Assembly (NCBI GenBank): GCA_001949185.1
Contig: BDGG01000014.1
Location: forward strand, 465,378 to 529,377
Reading direction: 5' to 3'
Origin: Ramazzottius varieornatus
Lineage: Eukaryota; Animalia; Tardigrada
Length of the DNA: 64,000 nucleotides
Every line of letters begins with the position of its first letter. The first letter of the stretch is position 1. The position numbers and the translations under genes were made by a program. The notes beneath the pieces are model-generated. The model made no database searches, had not been told where the DNA came from, and worked only from the letters and a program-made list of their open reading frames with translations. Below are positions 34,853 to 47,220 of this stretch, one piece after another.

Positions 34853-36397
34853 ATGTTCAATGTGACTCGTTTGAGTTCTGCGCCTGCTATCACACCCGAT
34901 TCTTCCGCCGTCTATGTCGAGATAACTTTTGCAATATGCAGTGTGCCCGAAACAGGGAGTTTATTGTGGCTCCACCATTCGAATCCGCCCTCACAGATAT
35001 AAGTACGACATATCCCAAACTCAAGTTCAGTCAGAACATTCTGGCGGACACAGTCTACAGTCGATGCGAAGAGCTGATGGCTGTCAGCGATGACATGCTC
35101 GCACGGTACTACTTCGCTCGGGAAGAGAAATGGGAGAAAGCTAATCTCTCTGTATTTATCAGCAACATGGCAGGTAAAACCACGTATCAATATAAACATA
35201 TTAATCTGATAGTTCTAACTGATTTTCTCAAGCAGAATCTCTGCTTTCCCGTCGACTGTGACGGCCACGCCAGTGCTAAGCTCGCGATTGTTCTTGGCAG
35301 ACTCACAATCAGGTCCGTAGATGTCAATGTGTTCTCGGGATGTCAATGTCAATGTATTCTCGGGATGTAAGCGTAGAACCTAATTTCTAGCTGTAGTTGG
35401 GGCAGCACATCGCCGACAGACGACATTAAAAATAAGGGAAAATGGCCTACGCGCTTGGGAACCGGACGTGGAGGTACACCTGGAGTGGTGCAGTTTGCCG
35501 AACTGTGCGCCGAAGTAGTCAAAAGCTTCAACTGGACAACAGTTGCTATCGTCGTCGAGGGTCTTCACAGTCCGGTGTGGTACAGCATTGCTGAGGTTGT
35601 TCAGCATACAATACAGAGATTAAGTTGCCACCGCGGTTCACTTTGCAACTGTAGCTACGGTCTTGCTCCGCCCCTTTCGTGACGTGTAACTGCATTATGC
35701 TTTCCGAAGCTCCCCTTATTTTCGGAAAATAGCATAATCGAAGTTACGGTTAGCGGTTGAAAAGTTAAGTTACGATTGAAAATAGCGTGACCGGAACAAC
35801 GGTCAGTTAGCATTGAGAAGCATGGTGGCTCCCCAGCTATTCAAAGTTCTGATCATTTGCTTCGCTTATCAGTGACGTTGCAACTCATTTTTAGCTACAG
35901 TCGGACTTTCATCTGGCGGTGGCAACTTAATGTGTGTATTGAATATTATGCTTGAGGAACGCGTTAATTTGTACAAAATTGTCGATTCGCAAGAGGACAT
36001 TGACTACAACAGACTTTTGGAAAGCATAAACCGTCAAACGCGAGGTCAGTTGATTAGCAGTAATTAACCAGCGTCATACTGCAGAACCCCATTGTTTCCA
36101 CAGTTACTTTGTACATAGCGCCTGGATTGGCACTGCGCAAACTTATGGTAAACACTGTAACGCAACTACGTCTAATTTACAAGCATCGACTATTGTGGCG
36201 TACTTCTAGCTTGCAGCTAGAACGCTGAATATGACACGTGGAGAACATGTAAGTAACACGTGAAATGACTTCAGCTATTTTCGGTCATAAAATTTTCGTA
36301 ACAGAATTGATTATGTGAGGCCCATATATGCATTCGTCTGCTGAAACATTTAAGTCTCGGCAAATTTCACTGGAGATACGGGGACGAGAACGACCAG
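34853..36397 (+). pseudogene. ANF-receptor/natriuretic-peptide-receptor-like extracellular domain gene, disrupted
   Basis: Spliceable exon pieces APPFESAL..YP, KWPT, FNWTTVAIV, DYNRLLESINRQTR, LRKLM, LAARTLNMTRGEH and WRYGDENDQ resemble the periplasmic-binding ectodomain of receptor guanylate cyclases. A MITE sits in an exon, there is a probable frameshift near 34960, and no downstream TM/kinase/cyclase exons are seen. Confidence 0.6.
35614..35936. mobile_element. Tc1/mariner-type MITE inserted in an exon
   Basis: TIR CAGAGATTAAGTTGCCACCGC / GCGGTGGCAACTTAATGTGTG with TA on both sides. A related copy lies at 39381. Confidence 0.85.
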
Positions 36398-36949
36398 GTT
36401 AGCTATCAGTACTCAGGAAGGAAGTTTCATAAGTATGCAAATTATTAGGAGCGGAAGTACTGTAATGCTTCTTGAACTTCGCGAAGCACGTCACCATACG
36501 CGCGAAACATCCCTTAGGGGGCTGGTACGGCAAAATTTTCAGACCAGGGTTCAACCGTACGCGTATGATCACGTGATTCGCGAAGTTCAAGAAGCACTAC
36601 AGTATGGCTTGCAACATTTCGAGGTGAAGTTTTCAAAACTTTTTCCTGACTTCAAAATAGATCTTTCTAATCCACTTTTTCACCTATATTATCAAGGTTC
36701 TTGTGGCATTTACTGGTAGAAATTTTTGTACCGCTGCAGCAGCTGGATGGGGGAAGAGAAAAACACAAACTTTTCGAAGCCATTCTTTACAGCCTTTTCC
36801 GAGAGAATTTTCGTTACTCGCTGCAGGTGCTTTCATCTGGCGAAACGATAATAATCTGTTAGCATCGGGTGCCTACTACTCGAGTTTTTATACAGATTTT
36901 GCGTTTTCACTTCCTACGATTTGGAGGAGAAGGCAATCTAAAGCCGGCT

Positions 36950-38720
36950 TGCAGCAGTAGTGACTTCGGTCCACTAAACAATTCCCGCTGGTGCATACCA
37001 GGCTTTTCTTTCAGCGATCCTGGATTCAGATAGCATTGGTCTATCGCTATTGGTTTGCTGGCTGAAGAAAAGGACGGTATCAAGTGTAAGTTGGTCACCA
37101 TAATATGACCATGGACCTCGTTTTGTGCCAAATTTCGGTTCTAAGTCTTTTGTGATACTTACTGCTAAAACCGTTCATCAGCCCATTAAAGAAGTGTTAA
37201 ACTGTATGTTTATCGGGATAGTGTTGCAGAAGAAAAGAGAAACGTTGAGGTTCGAGAGGTGTGGAACTACTGGCCGGGATGAGGGTTAACGCCCGTGTTG
37301 TCGACGCTATGCTCTCTGGAAAAACATACATTGCAGAGATGCAACCGACCATCGAGGCACCCCGGCCCTTCACAATAACCAAGATTATAAGGCTGACAGA
37401 CCTCAGCGATGGGCGATACACGTTTAGACTGCTTTTTGGTGTCGTAACTAACAGAAAAAGGTTTCTGAGGGTTCGACCATCCGAAAGGAGCTTGTGGGAA
37501 ACCGTATCCCGTTGCTTGGTCACTGCTACCCGCTGCAACGCAAAACGGTGGCGTTTGGTAGCCATAGCCACGATCGGGATATGGGTAGCGAGGGACGAAT
37601 GGCTGTTGGTACGGAAGCCCTGGATAGCAACCGTCTCGGGCAAGCGGGCACAAGATGGTGGGGGTCGCCGCATCCGTAGCATGCACGCATTGGGCGACCA
37701 GAAGTGGTAGTCGAGATGGTATTGGTGGAAGGACCCTGGTTACTGTTGCCTTGTCCGGTCGAAGAGCCTTGAGATCCCTGTGGGTAGTCAAGCAGAACGT
37801 CGGACCATGGGACGATGTCATGATGCAGCCAGTCCGAAGGGTTAGCGCCCAGCTGAGTCATATTTGGGCGGAATTGGATATCATGAGCTTGCCAAGTAGC
37901 GACGGGAAACTTCTTGGACAGCTTTCAGATCACATTGATATATCCAACCATTGGAGAGGCTAATTCCGGGGCGTAGTAGCCTCCAAAACGGGAGAAAACA
38001 GAGAACGCTTCCAACCAATCGTCAAAAGATCGAATAAGACAGTTTTCAGAACCTCCAGCTCCGCGATCGCGACCCGTTGAAGTTGCAGGTCATTCGATTT
38101 CGGTGAGCTTGGCGCGGTTCTGAGGCAGGCAATTCTCCAGGTCGACATACTCACAAAGGTTTTGTAACTTGGCCAAAAGTGCGGGCTCGACAACTGGCAG
38201 GTGAAGGTCAGCTGGGGGAAGAGCTAGGACCTGAGCGGGCTTGCAGCTAGATGCTATGACTGGCGCGGAAGATGGTGCATCGACAGTTGAATTCTTGAGC
38301 ACAGTGACGGATGGTGCACGTGTTGATCTAGGTAGAATAGGCATGAATGATACGGCGGTTGTTGTTGTTGACGTCGTAACAGGTGCACGAAGAGAGTTGG
38401 AGACCTCAGCATGGAGCTGGCAAACTTCGTTTTGGAGCGCAAATCAATCCTCGGACGATGGTTGGAGAGTGCTGGAGCTGGCTAACATCGGGGCCATAAG
38501 AGCCCGTGCCACTCTTGGGGCGGTTGAGCCTGTGTTGGACTTCCGGAAACGTTGACGAGCTGGAGCCTTCGCCTTAGCGCGGGTCTTGCGTTTGCGACGT
38601 GAAGGAACCGTAGGGACTAGAATATCAGGTTGGTCATCAGCCGTACGTCGGTGGATCCTAGTTCGGCGAGCTACAGGCTCTGTGTTAGAGTCTAAAGAAA
38701 GCGAGGCCATGCCGACGTCC
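36950..38720 (-). mobile_element. Degenerate DIRS/Ngaro-type (tyrosine-recombinase) retrotransposon, gag-like and RT-proximal remnant
   Basis: EYVDLENCLP, W.AHDIQFR, the Cys/His motif CQPYNLGYCEGPGC...HLCNVC...H, then LLQHYPD. Heavily frameshifted; boundaries approximate. Confidence 0.6.
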
Positions 38721-39380
38721 ATATATTGTGACAAGAACTGATGGCAAATGTCGCTGATGACAAAATGCGACCGAGCACATGTATTCAAACTGCCGACTAA
38801 ATATTCCAGAAAAGACAACCATCACAACGTGAATTCCCAAGCAACTACCACCAAAAATGTAACACCACTACCACTCGAAAATCTTCAAAGTACGTACGCC
38901 AATGCACGTTTAGCACGAAAGTCGCTAACGAACCTTTGTCGCCCACCTTTACACTTGACTTGCGAGTAATCTTTGAGTGGAGGTATCTCGGTGCGTCTCG
39001 GTAGCTCACGCGAAATCTTTAGCTGTATCAACTGACTTGATTTCTGTGATACAAAAACCAAGGGTTCACGTTGCTCTGATGCTTGCCTGCGCAGCGGCAC
39101 CTGAGGTTACATGTCGTATTCCCACCCTGTCTTACTGTAATTTAGGTGCTGCTTCACCATCAGCTCATCGAGTTCTTCGATTCGAGCAGGTTCTACAGTA
39201 AGTATAAAACTTCCGCGTATTCCTTCAGCTAAGGGAGGAACTGTGCCAGTCTACTCTTTTTAGGCATTTGAACTATCAGTACGTGTAAAGTGACGATCCC
39301 GTTTTCGTGGAAATTCTTACCGGCTGAATAAGCTACGCGGCGTATGTATCGACATGGGCAGGAGTCTCAGCGAGTGACTA

Positions 39381-39646
39381 CACAGATTAAGCAGCCACCG
39401 CTGGATGAAAGTCCGACTGGAGCTAAAATGAGCTGCAACGTCACTCATAAGTGCTGCATCTGCTCAGCACTCTGAATAGTTGGACAGCCGCCATGCTTCC
39501 CAATGCTAACTGACAGTTATTCCGGTCATGCTATTTTCAAAAACAAGGGAGCTCCAGAAAGTAAAATTTAGCTACACGTCACAAAAGGGGCGGAGCAAGC
39601 CGTTACTGCCGTCGGTGAAAGAACCGGAGTGGCAGCACAATCTCTT
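39381..39646. mobile_element. Diverged reverse-orientation copy of the 35614 MITE
   Basis: TA-CACAGATTAAGCAGCCACCGCTGGATGAAAGTCCGACTG matches the reverse complement of 35936-35897, and the interior is collinear. Confidence 0.8.
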
Positions 39647-40435
39647 TATTTTCGGATGTGTAAACGGCCGTGGAACCAAACGGCTCGTTTCGTAATTGCG
39701 CTCATTCCGTCATTTTAATATGCGCAGTTGGAATCAACTAGCGAGTCGAAGGCGTGTCACATACTTATAGAGTCCAACTCGAGATAACCAAGACAATATA
39801 AGACAAGATAATTGATCGTAGACAGCACGATCACAAAGCGCTCTCCGTCATGACGTCAGAAAAAAAGCGGAGGAAGGCCGCTTTTTAGAAAGGTCGGTAC
39901 ATTCATCACCAAAGGTCGGCATACTGATTACTTTTCCAAGTAATACGATAATAACAGCGACGGCTACACGAATTTCTATCTTAACACGTGTTGAGTAGCG
40001 GAAGGGTTTTTTCGTGCTGTATCAGCTTCCAGCTGAATACATTTGTGCTCAGAAACGGAAGGATGCGTGACACTTGGCCCTGCGGTTGAGACGTGTCTGG
40101 AGCAGGAATCGTACCCAAACTAAACGAGTTGTCTGGCCTGCTCCTTCAACAACATCAAGACCAAGTTGACGAGGTTCGCAGCAGTTCAATCTTGGGCTAT
40201 CCAGTTCTGTTTTCCCTATTCCGGTCGGCAGTCAGTGTCAAGGTCGGCAGTTAGTGCTGCACGGCCCTTATAACCAATGTGTAAAAAAGGCCATTAACAG
40301 CTTGCGCAGATCTACAGTGTCAAATACTGTAAGAATTTGCTACGTCCACTGACGCACAAGGCACCTTGACCAGGGCGTTCATACTTTGCAGTGGCGGCAC
40401 CTTGAAGCGGGGAGCGCCGAGGATTGTGGTGCAAC

Positions 40436-41457
40436 ATGTTCAACGACACAGGGAACACCACCGATGGATCCAGCAATCATCGCTTGATCTGGACCGCTTT
40501 TGCGGTGTTTAATACTGTCGTTCCAATCTGCGCACTTTTGACAAATATTAGCGTGATTTATCTGTTCGCCAGGAATGCTTCGCTGCAAACATCGTTTGCG
40601 GTTTATCTTGTGAATCTGTTGATCGCGAACACTCTGTGCTCTGTATTTTACTATCCACTCGAAGTTCTTCTGAACGACCTCTACACTACATGGTGGGCCG
40701 GTTCGACTTTCTGTACTGTTTACTTGTACACCCTATGGATCTTCGAAGCAGCCATGTGCAACTCTCACGCGCTCATTGCCATGAATCGCCTATGGGCGGT
40801 AACCTTCCCGTTTCTTACCGTCGTAAGCACAAAAAGTCCGTCGCTGTTACAGCCTGTTTGTCCATGTGGATATATGTTCATCTTTGGCTGTTACCAGGAC
40901 TTGTACTGGATGCAATGTATTATCGTTTACCAGTAAGTGCAACTGGCTGTTTGATCAACACAGACGCTGGACCCGTGAAAATGTATTACTGGGTCCTCCA
41001 AGTTATCGTCTACGTTGTACCGGAAATGGTGGTTCTGTTTGCCTACCCAGTCATTTGCTTCAGGACGTTCAGATTGAGGCGAGTCACTACATTGCCGTCT
41101 TTGAGTGCAAGAAAGCCGCCAGCCAGTTTGTCGATTCGGATCAGCCAAGGAAACTCTAGCAGTGCTAGACTTCGAGTTCAGTCAGCTGGCCCTTTGAGTC
41201 ACAGATCACATAGGCGGGAAGGAGAACGAGGATTCGTCATGTTAACTTTGATGACGCCGACTATTGCGATTTGTTATACCCCAAGTATCGTCTACTTCAC
41301 GACACTGGTCATGAGTGGTATCAATTTCGAAAATTTGTTTATACCAGCAACGATTTTGTACGAGCTGAACGCAGTATTGGATCCTCTCTGGTTTGTGTTG
41401 GCGCTACCTGACTTTCGAGCGGCATTTCATCGAACATATTGGTCAAGGCGAGACTAG
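40436..41457 (+). pseudogene. Rhodopsin-like orphan GPCR, subfamily A, with 1-nt frameshift
   Basis: TM1-3 are in ORF 40424-40936 (AMCNSHALIAMNRLWAVTFP) and TM4-7 in ORF 40636-41457 (PVSYRR...YELNAVLDPLWFVLALPDFR). The frame shifts at ~40807-40810. Confidence 0.8.
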
Positions 41458-42608
41458 AAGAGAACATGTCCAAGCAACGAGAATTCTATAGTCTTGGCTG
41501 CAGGTAGGTCATGTGCATATCCGTAACCTGAACCTTCGTTCCCATGACCGTTGCGCTGTTTGATCTGACAACTTCACTATTACTCAGTACACCGACGTTC
41601 CAGTCCCTTCTTCAGCAATCTACAGCACGTTTGTTCCAACAGAGTGTTTTGGGCAGGAGGTACATTCAAGAAGAGAAATCATCGATCAGTAAAAATCACG
41701 GACCAGGCTTTTTCGCCACCGCGGCCCGGAAGAGCGTACGTACGTACGTGTGCAAATCACATCTCTCAACATATGCCCTTCTCGGCACTTCTTCAATTTT
41801 CAGTTTGTCGTGTTTTGCGCCTGGTCCATAACTTCTCTTCTCACTTGTATGTAAGAAGGAACAAAGGCCTGCCGCTCTCCTATCCTCTACCGGTGATCAG
41901 GCTGAAGTTTCCTGTTCTATGTTCCGTATGTACTGCGTTTCAGGTAGTCGTGTGGAGTTTCTAATTTCTCTAAGCCTTTTACTTACGTTTTTGATTCGGT
42001 ATAAGTCCAGAGGCACCGCGGCTTGTTTGTGAGATCAGTATGGGGATAATTATTACTGCCAAGCAATCACATCGCCAGAACTACTTTCGTCCCTGGAACG
42101 TGACGAAGTAAATCTATAGCAACCTCCGACCCTCGAACTGCTTCAGGTTCCAGGCCAGTTTCGGTATTCGATTATCATTGACACGAGCTGGAGCGCAGGA
42201 ACCCTCATTGGAGTTTCATGTGCTGAGTGAGATGTTTAGAAAAGGCAGCGATCCGTTCCTACGTAGACTGCATTTGTACTGCGTCACAGGTCCGTTCTAA
42301 GGCAGTCCCACAGTATTTCACAGTCCTTTTTGAAACGGGAGGCGGAGCTTACAGTGCGCAGCAGAGAAAAACGTGCGCGGACTAGGGAAATCACGAGCGA
42401 GACGTCAGACATGCTACATGGCCACGCAAAGCGAGACTGTGCAGCCGGTGCAGAGCGCTGCCTTTTCGTTCAGCTATAGTACGTAGGTGACCGATGCACA
42501 TTAATACACGTTTCTCCGGTTCAATTTCCGTTTCGCCGTCATTTCCGCATGTCGCATAATTTTTATTGTCCCGCAATTTCTTATCGTACGTATGCAGCTC
42601 GACAGCCC

Positions 42609-43057
42609 ACGAGGAGATTTTACTAGCGCTCCAGTCTTGTTTCACAAACTGAAACAGCAGAGAGGTAGAGGGGAGTTTTCTCTATCGCCTGGGCTAGACC
42701 AAGCTGGCAGAAAAAAATCCTGGAAGACACAGCAGGAAGCGGAAGTGAAGTCAGAATCTGGGCGGAACTTGGGCATCAGCAAAGTTCACATCGGCGTCAG
42801 TCAAGTGATTGATTATCTGCTGGTCGATTTGCTATTTGGTTGATCTGGGATACTATAAAATGGGAAAAAAAGTAGCTGATCACAACAGTTTTGACTGTTG
42901 TGTGAAACTTCGTCCTCGAACTACCGCTTCCTGCTGTGTCTTCCAGGATTTTTTTCTGTCAGCCTGGTCTATCCCAGGCGATAGATAAAACTCTCTTCTA
43001 TCTTTCTGCTGTTTCAGTTTGTGAAATAAGACTGGAGCGTTGGCAAAATCCCCTCGT
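42609..43057. mobile_element. Foldback element related to 5966-6736
   Basis: Arms 42609-42744 and 42924-43057 are inverted. Shares AAAATCCTGGAA(A/G)ACAC(C/A)GCAGGAAGCGGAAGTGA with the 5966 element. Confidence 0.78.
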
Positions 43058-43059
43058 CA

Positions 43060-43700
43060 ATCGAACACTTCTCCCACCGGGCACTGTTTCTGCTGAAACA
43101 CTGCCTGGGACTTCCGAAGCTGCTCTACGTCTTCCACTGCTCTCCGACTTGGAAATTTCCTGCAGCACTACAAGCCTTCGATGAAGTTCTTCGTCGCAGT
43201 GTGGCTGAGATCACGAACAACAACATGGGCGGCTCCACATGGCTCCAAGCTTCCTTGCGCGTTAGTATGGTAGGTCTGGGCATCAGACACACACTGCGGA
43301 TCAGCGTTGGACTGCCTAGGATCACGTCTCTGTCAGCCTCCTCTATGCCGCTGTGGGGAAGTGGTTGACAAGTACGAGGCTACACGGTCTGAGCTGTTTG
43401 AAGAGTGCGGGACATCACAGCAGGCATGACAGCCTGAACGAGTCGGTACGGAGAGCCCGCGACTCTAGAGCCACTAGACTTTTGCGAGAGGATGGACTCA
43501 GGCGTGACGGGAAGACCATGATACCTTGGAAGAATGGGAAAGAATTAGTCCGGAATGTGACGGTGGTTGACACATTAGCAAAGTCTTACGTCAGCAAGAC
43601 AACTGGAAAGGTCGGAACTGCAGCCGAAGATGCCGAAGAGAGAAAGATCCAGAAATACCAAGGTATCGCCTCGCAGTACCTTTTCATTCCTTTGGTCACT
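43060..43700 (+). mobile_element. 3' fragment of a second CRE-like non-LTR retrotransposon
   Basis: [67 protein letters not shown]. Confidence 0.8.
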
Positions 43701-44419
43701 GGTTCAAACATTTTGAATTCGTTTTGCACTATCATGCAACCTACTGCTCTGTGGATCGTTTACTTCAAACCTGATGAAGAATGAAAAAGTTTGCTGAGAG
43801 GATTTTAGGAGAACAATTTGTGCATCGATGGTACTACTCTGTCACCTATAAAATAAAGAACCACCCGGACAATGTCGTAGTTTGAATTAGTGTCGGAACA
43901 TAATACGAAGCGATACATGTACACGTACTGCTCGCCACTGGGCTCTCGGCCTACTCTTGGACTAAGTACTCGGCCTCGCGGTTTTCCGGTCCGCTCCGTG
44001 TGATTGCTTCACAGTTGTTCGAAAACTCACTGTGACTCGTCCATGTATTCATGAATTCATGAGCCACCAGACAGCAAACGCATTCGCTAAATCTTTTCTG
44101 ACCGTTGAGTACAGTAATGCTGGGCAGGCGTCACAGCGCATCGGAGGACATTGAAAGATATTTAAGGATGAGAGGCAACTTCTTAGGTTAATAACGACGT
44201 CCATGCGGGAAACACTGTGGCGTGCAACATGAAGTGCGTCCGGGGCGCTAGACTTACCCGGTCCAAACTGAAAAATACTTCGCGAGCAGATCACTAGATT
44301 CCTGTTTTCGCTGAAATGTGCAACAGTTTCCGGGCCGCCGAACAATCGGCTTCCACAACAACAAATGGTACATTGTCGGGCTTCGAGAAATGTTCTTGGT
44401 GATCCATGACAAAGCAGAT

Positions 44420-45480
44420 ACTGCTTGCCATCGAAACCTTGCTTCAGAACCTCCGGAATAGAGGCACTCGTGATTTCGGATGCGACGCGAATCCGAATGG
44501 ATAGTAGTTAAGAGAAACAGGACAGATCCATGACCACGAGAAGTTTTCCGTTCATCTTTGGTCGCACGCCCAAGGGAGAGATGAACATGTTCGGAAGGGA
44601 GGAACAGGGAAAGGGCCGACTGATTGATACAGTCTTACCTTTTCGATGATGGAATTTTCTAGGGCAGAGGAGAAAGAACGGGCGGAAGCGGTGTTGGGTA
44701 TGGCACATGGGTAGTGCGGTTCATAGTATTCGATGTTGGTTTCGTTTGCTATTATTTTGATCAGATCAGTCACAAATGAGGGATGAGGATGAGAGGAGAG
44801 ATACCGGGAGAAAACAGTGGCGTAAAGCGGTGTTATACTTTGTCGGTATTGGCACAGGCGGAAGTGACTTGGGGGAGCGGGGTTCTTGTGGTTGAATCGT
44901 GTATAGCTGGAGTTTTCTTTGCTGAAGTTAGTAAGATCAGTAAAGCAGATTTGCTTGCGTCGACAGTTGCCGGAAGCGCGACATTGTCCACTGTTGACGT
45001 TGCGACAGAGACTTCTGTTCCATCTGCCGCCTAGACGGTCCAAAGTGGCTGCCCGGCTTCGGAGAAATAATTACTACACTTGGGCGAGTTGCCGTAGTGT
45101 CCAATTTGACCGCCCAGTGGGCCCGAGTTTCTCTTTTGCTCTAGGAAACGAAAACAGCTGGCCCTTGTTTTAGATTTTGAGTGGTCCAGGCCTCACCGGC
45201 CCACTGCTCAACGCATTCCTGACTGATAGGGATCACCTTGTAATGAGAACGATAAGCGGCAGAGACGCAGTTACGTATTACGCGCGAGTCCATTCGAGGA
45301 AGTGGGTGATTTCTTCCCGATGAGTGTGATCCGATTTATGGTTGTGCAGAGACAAGTCCGCTTCGCGGTTGGCGGGTACTAGGTCGCCGAGGTCGAGATA
45401 CTCGCGCTGGCCTCTCAGGAGTTCGCGTGATCTGTTTATGGACAAGAGGAAGGTCGGTGGGTGACGATGGCGAGCCGGTG
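44420..45480 (-). mobile_element. Second degenerate DIRS/Ngaro-type retrotransposon remnant
   Basis: EYLDLGDLVP, CRNVNSGQC...C, YLSSHPHPSFVTDLI, VGPFPVPPF, and ISPLGVRPKMNGKLLVVMDLS (RT N-terminal motifs). Boundaries approximate. Confidence 0.68.
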
Positions 45481-46645
45481 CGGCCACCTTGATACTAGAT
45501 GTGCACGATGCTCGGACAAGAGGGTGGAAGCTGGCGGGAGTTAGTTCAGTTGCAACGGGACGTGGCTGCTTAATCTCTGTAATATCATTATGCTCAGTTA
45601 CGTGAACCCAAATCCGAATCTTCTTTAAACGGACCCAATATGATCACCACCGCCAGAGAGTTGGGTTCACATCCTCTTCATAACCGTTGTGCGGGACGCT
45701 GTTGCCAAAACGATGTATCAACGTCGAACGCACTTTTCAACCGCTGCACTAAACCGTTCATGCCATGATTCCCTGGATGAGATTGATCCACTACGGCTGT
45801 CAACCACGCCTGCAACCTCAGGGAATAGCTATGTACCCCCGGGCACACGGTTATTACGGTGATGATTCGACCACGCGCTGGGAGGATCCTAGTCAAGGTA
45901 TTGTGACCCCCCCCCCTCCCCCCACCTTTCAATATTTCACCACCCATAACGATACGATTCCTCTCCCTTCAATACTGACGAGGACGTCAAGTGCAAACTG
46001 CCTAGTCCGTGTTGGTTACAGTGAGACAGACGGCCATCCAGTTGACAACTGGGAAAGCTGGCATCCAGCAGCGTACGGTCCCAAGTCCGGAGACGACACC
46101 AGCTATCAATACTTAGGATGGTCTGGTTGGCGGGCTGCGTTTCCTACAGCGCGATAGTGTGACTGAGGGGCTGAGGTTGTCAATGGACAGCTTGTTACCG
46201 GATACATCCAACCGTTCAGAATATTTTGCCCACCCATCGGATGGTGATAACGTCGAAGCGGAGATCGATTCCGCACCAACCTCTTTTTGACGATGCGCGG
46301 GATTGCGATTCGTTTCCGTTTCAGGAAATCACGGCGGGTACAAGTATCTTTCTGGCTTACTGTATGGTCAATTTCGGTCTTGCTGCGAGCCATCCATGAC
46401 AGTATAGATGGTACAGTGCGGTATAGTAGCTTCTGGTACCTACAAAAAGATGAGGGCTCCAGCGCTCAGCCGCAGTTCTGTTCAAACTCGGTGCCTATCG
46501 TCTCGACAAAATAATCCTTATCGGTCTACTGTACACGTGTACTGGAGCCTCTGAGAGTATCACAGGAGATTCTTGTAGCTTGCCGGTTGGAGTGACGATG
46601 GAGGTACTTCGCAATAGCCAGCAAAATCCTAGATGAAAAAAGACG

Positions 46646-46679
46646 ATCATTTAGCACCGAAATTTCGGTGCTAAATGAT
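46646..46679. repeat. Perfect 34-bp palindrome
   Basis: ATCATTTAGCACCGAAA-TTTCGGTGCTAAATGAT with no spacer. Confidence 0.95.
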
Positions 46680-47220
46680 GGTTTCTGCTTCGTGTACAGT
46701 GCTATAGGTTATCTAAAAGACAAAGATGAGAGTACAAAAGGTCCTCCATGAACGGTCTCGAAGAAAAGATACTGAAAAAGAGGCGGAAATCACTTCAAGA
46801 CTTCTTCTATTGTTTTTTTGTTTTCTTGTTTCACAGGTGTCTCACAAATGTCGCCACCTCCATATGATAATAAATGCTTTACTCGTGGCTCATCGCCAGC
46901 AAAGGATGCTCAGCCTTACACACAAGATGAAAGATGGGGCAAGAAAGCCAGAGGGAAAAGATCGAAAACTAAAAGCTATCACATCAAATGATACGACCGG
47001 AAGTCAACATGTCTCGAAAACTCAAACTCGTAATTTTAAGAAAGGGCAGACGCGTGCACCAATGTGCCGCACCATACCTCAAACACCAATATAACTGCAT
47101 GAGAAACGTAGGACTCCGGTCTTGATGGTTTTATTGCACTCTTGAAATCACAGCATTATACAATAAATGTGAAGGTATTCGGATATATGAAGCCTCACAG
47201 TTTCCACCCCGTACTCTCAG

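Noticed and set aside
45480-46620. ORFs of 89-130 aa upstream of the second DIRS-like relic
   Set aside because: They may be the decayed 5' part of that element, but no diagnostic motif supports a call.
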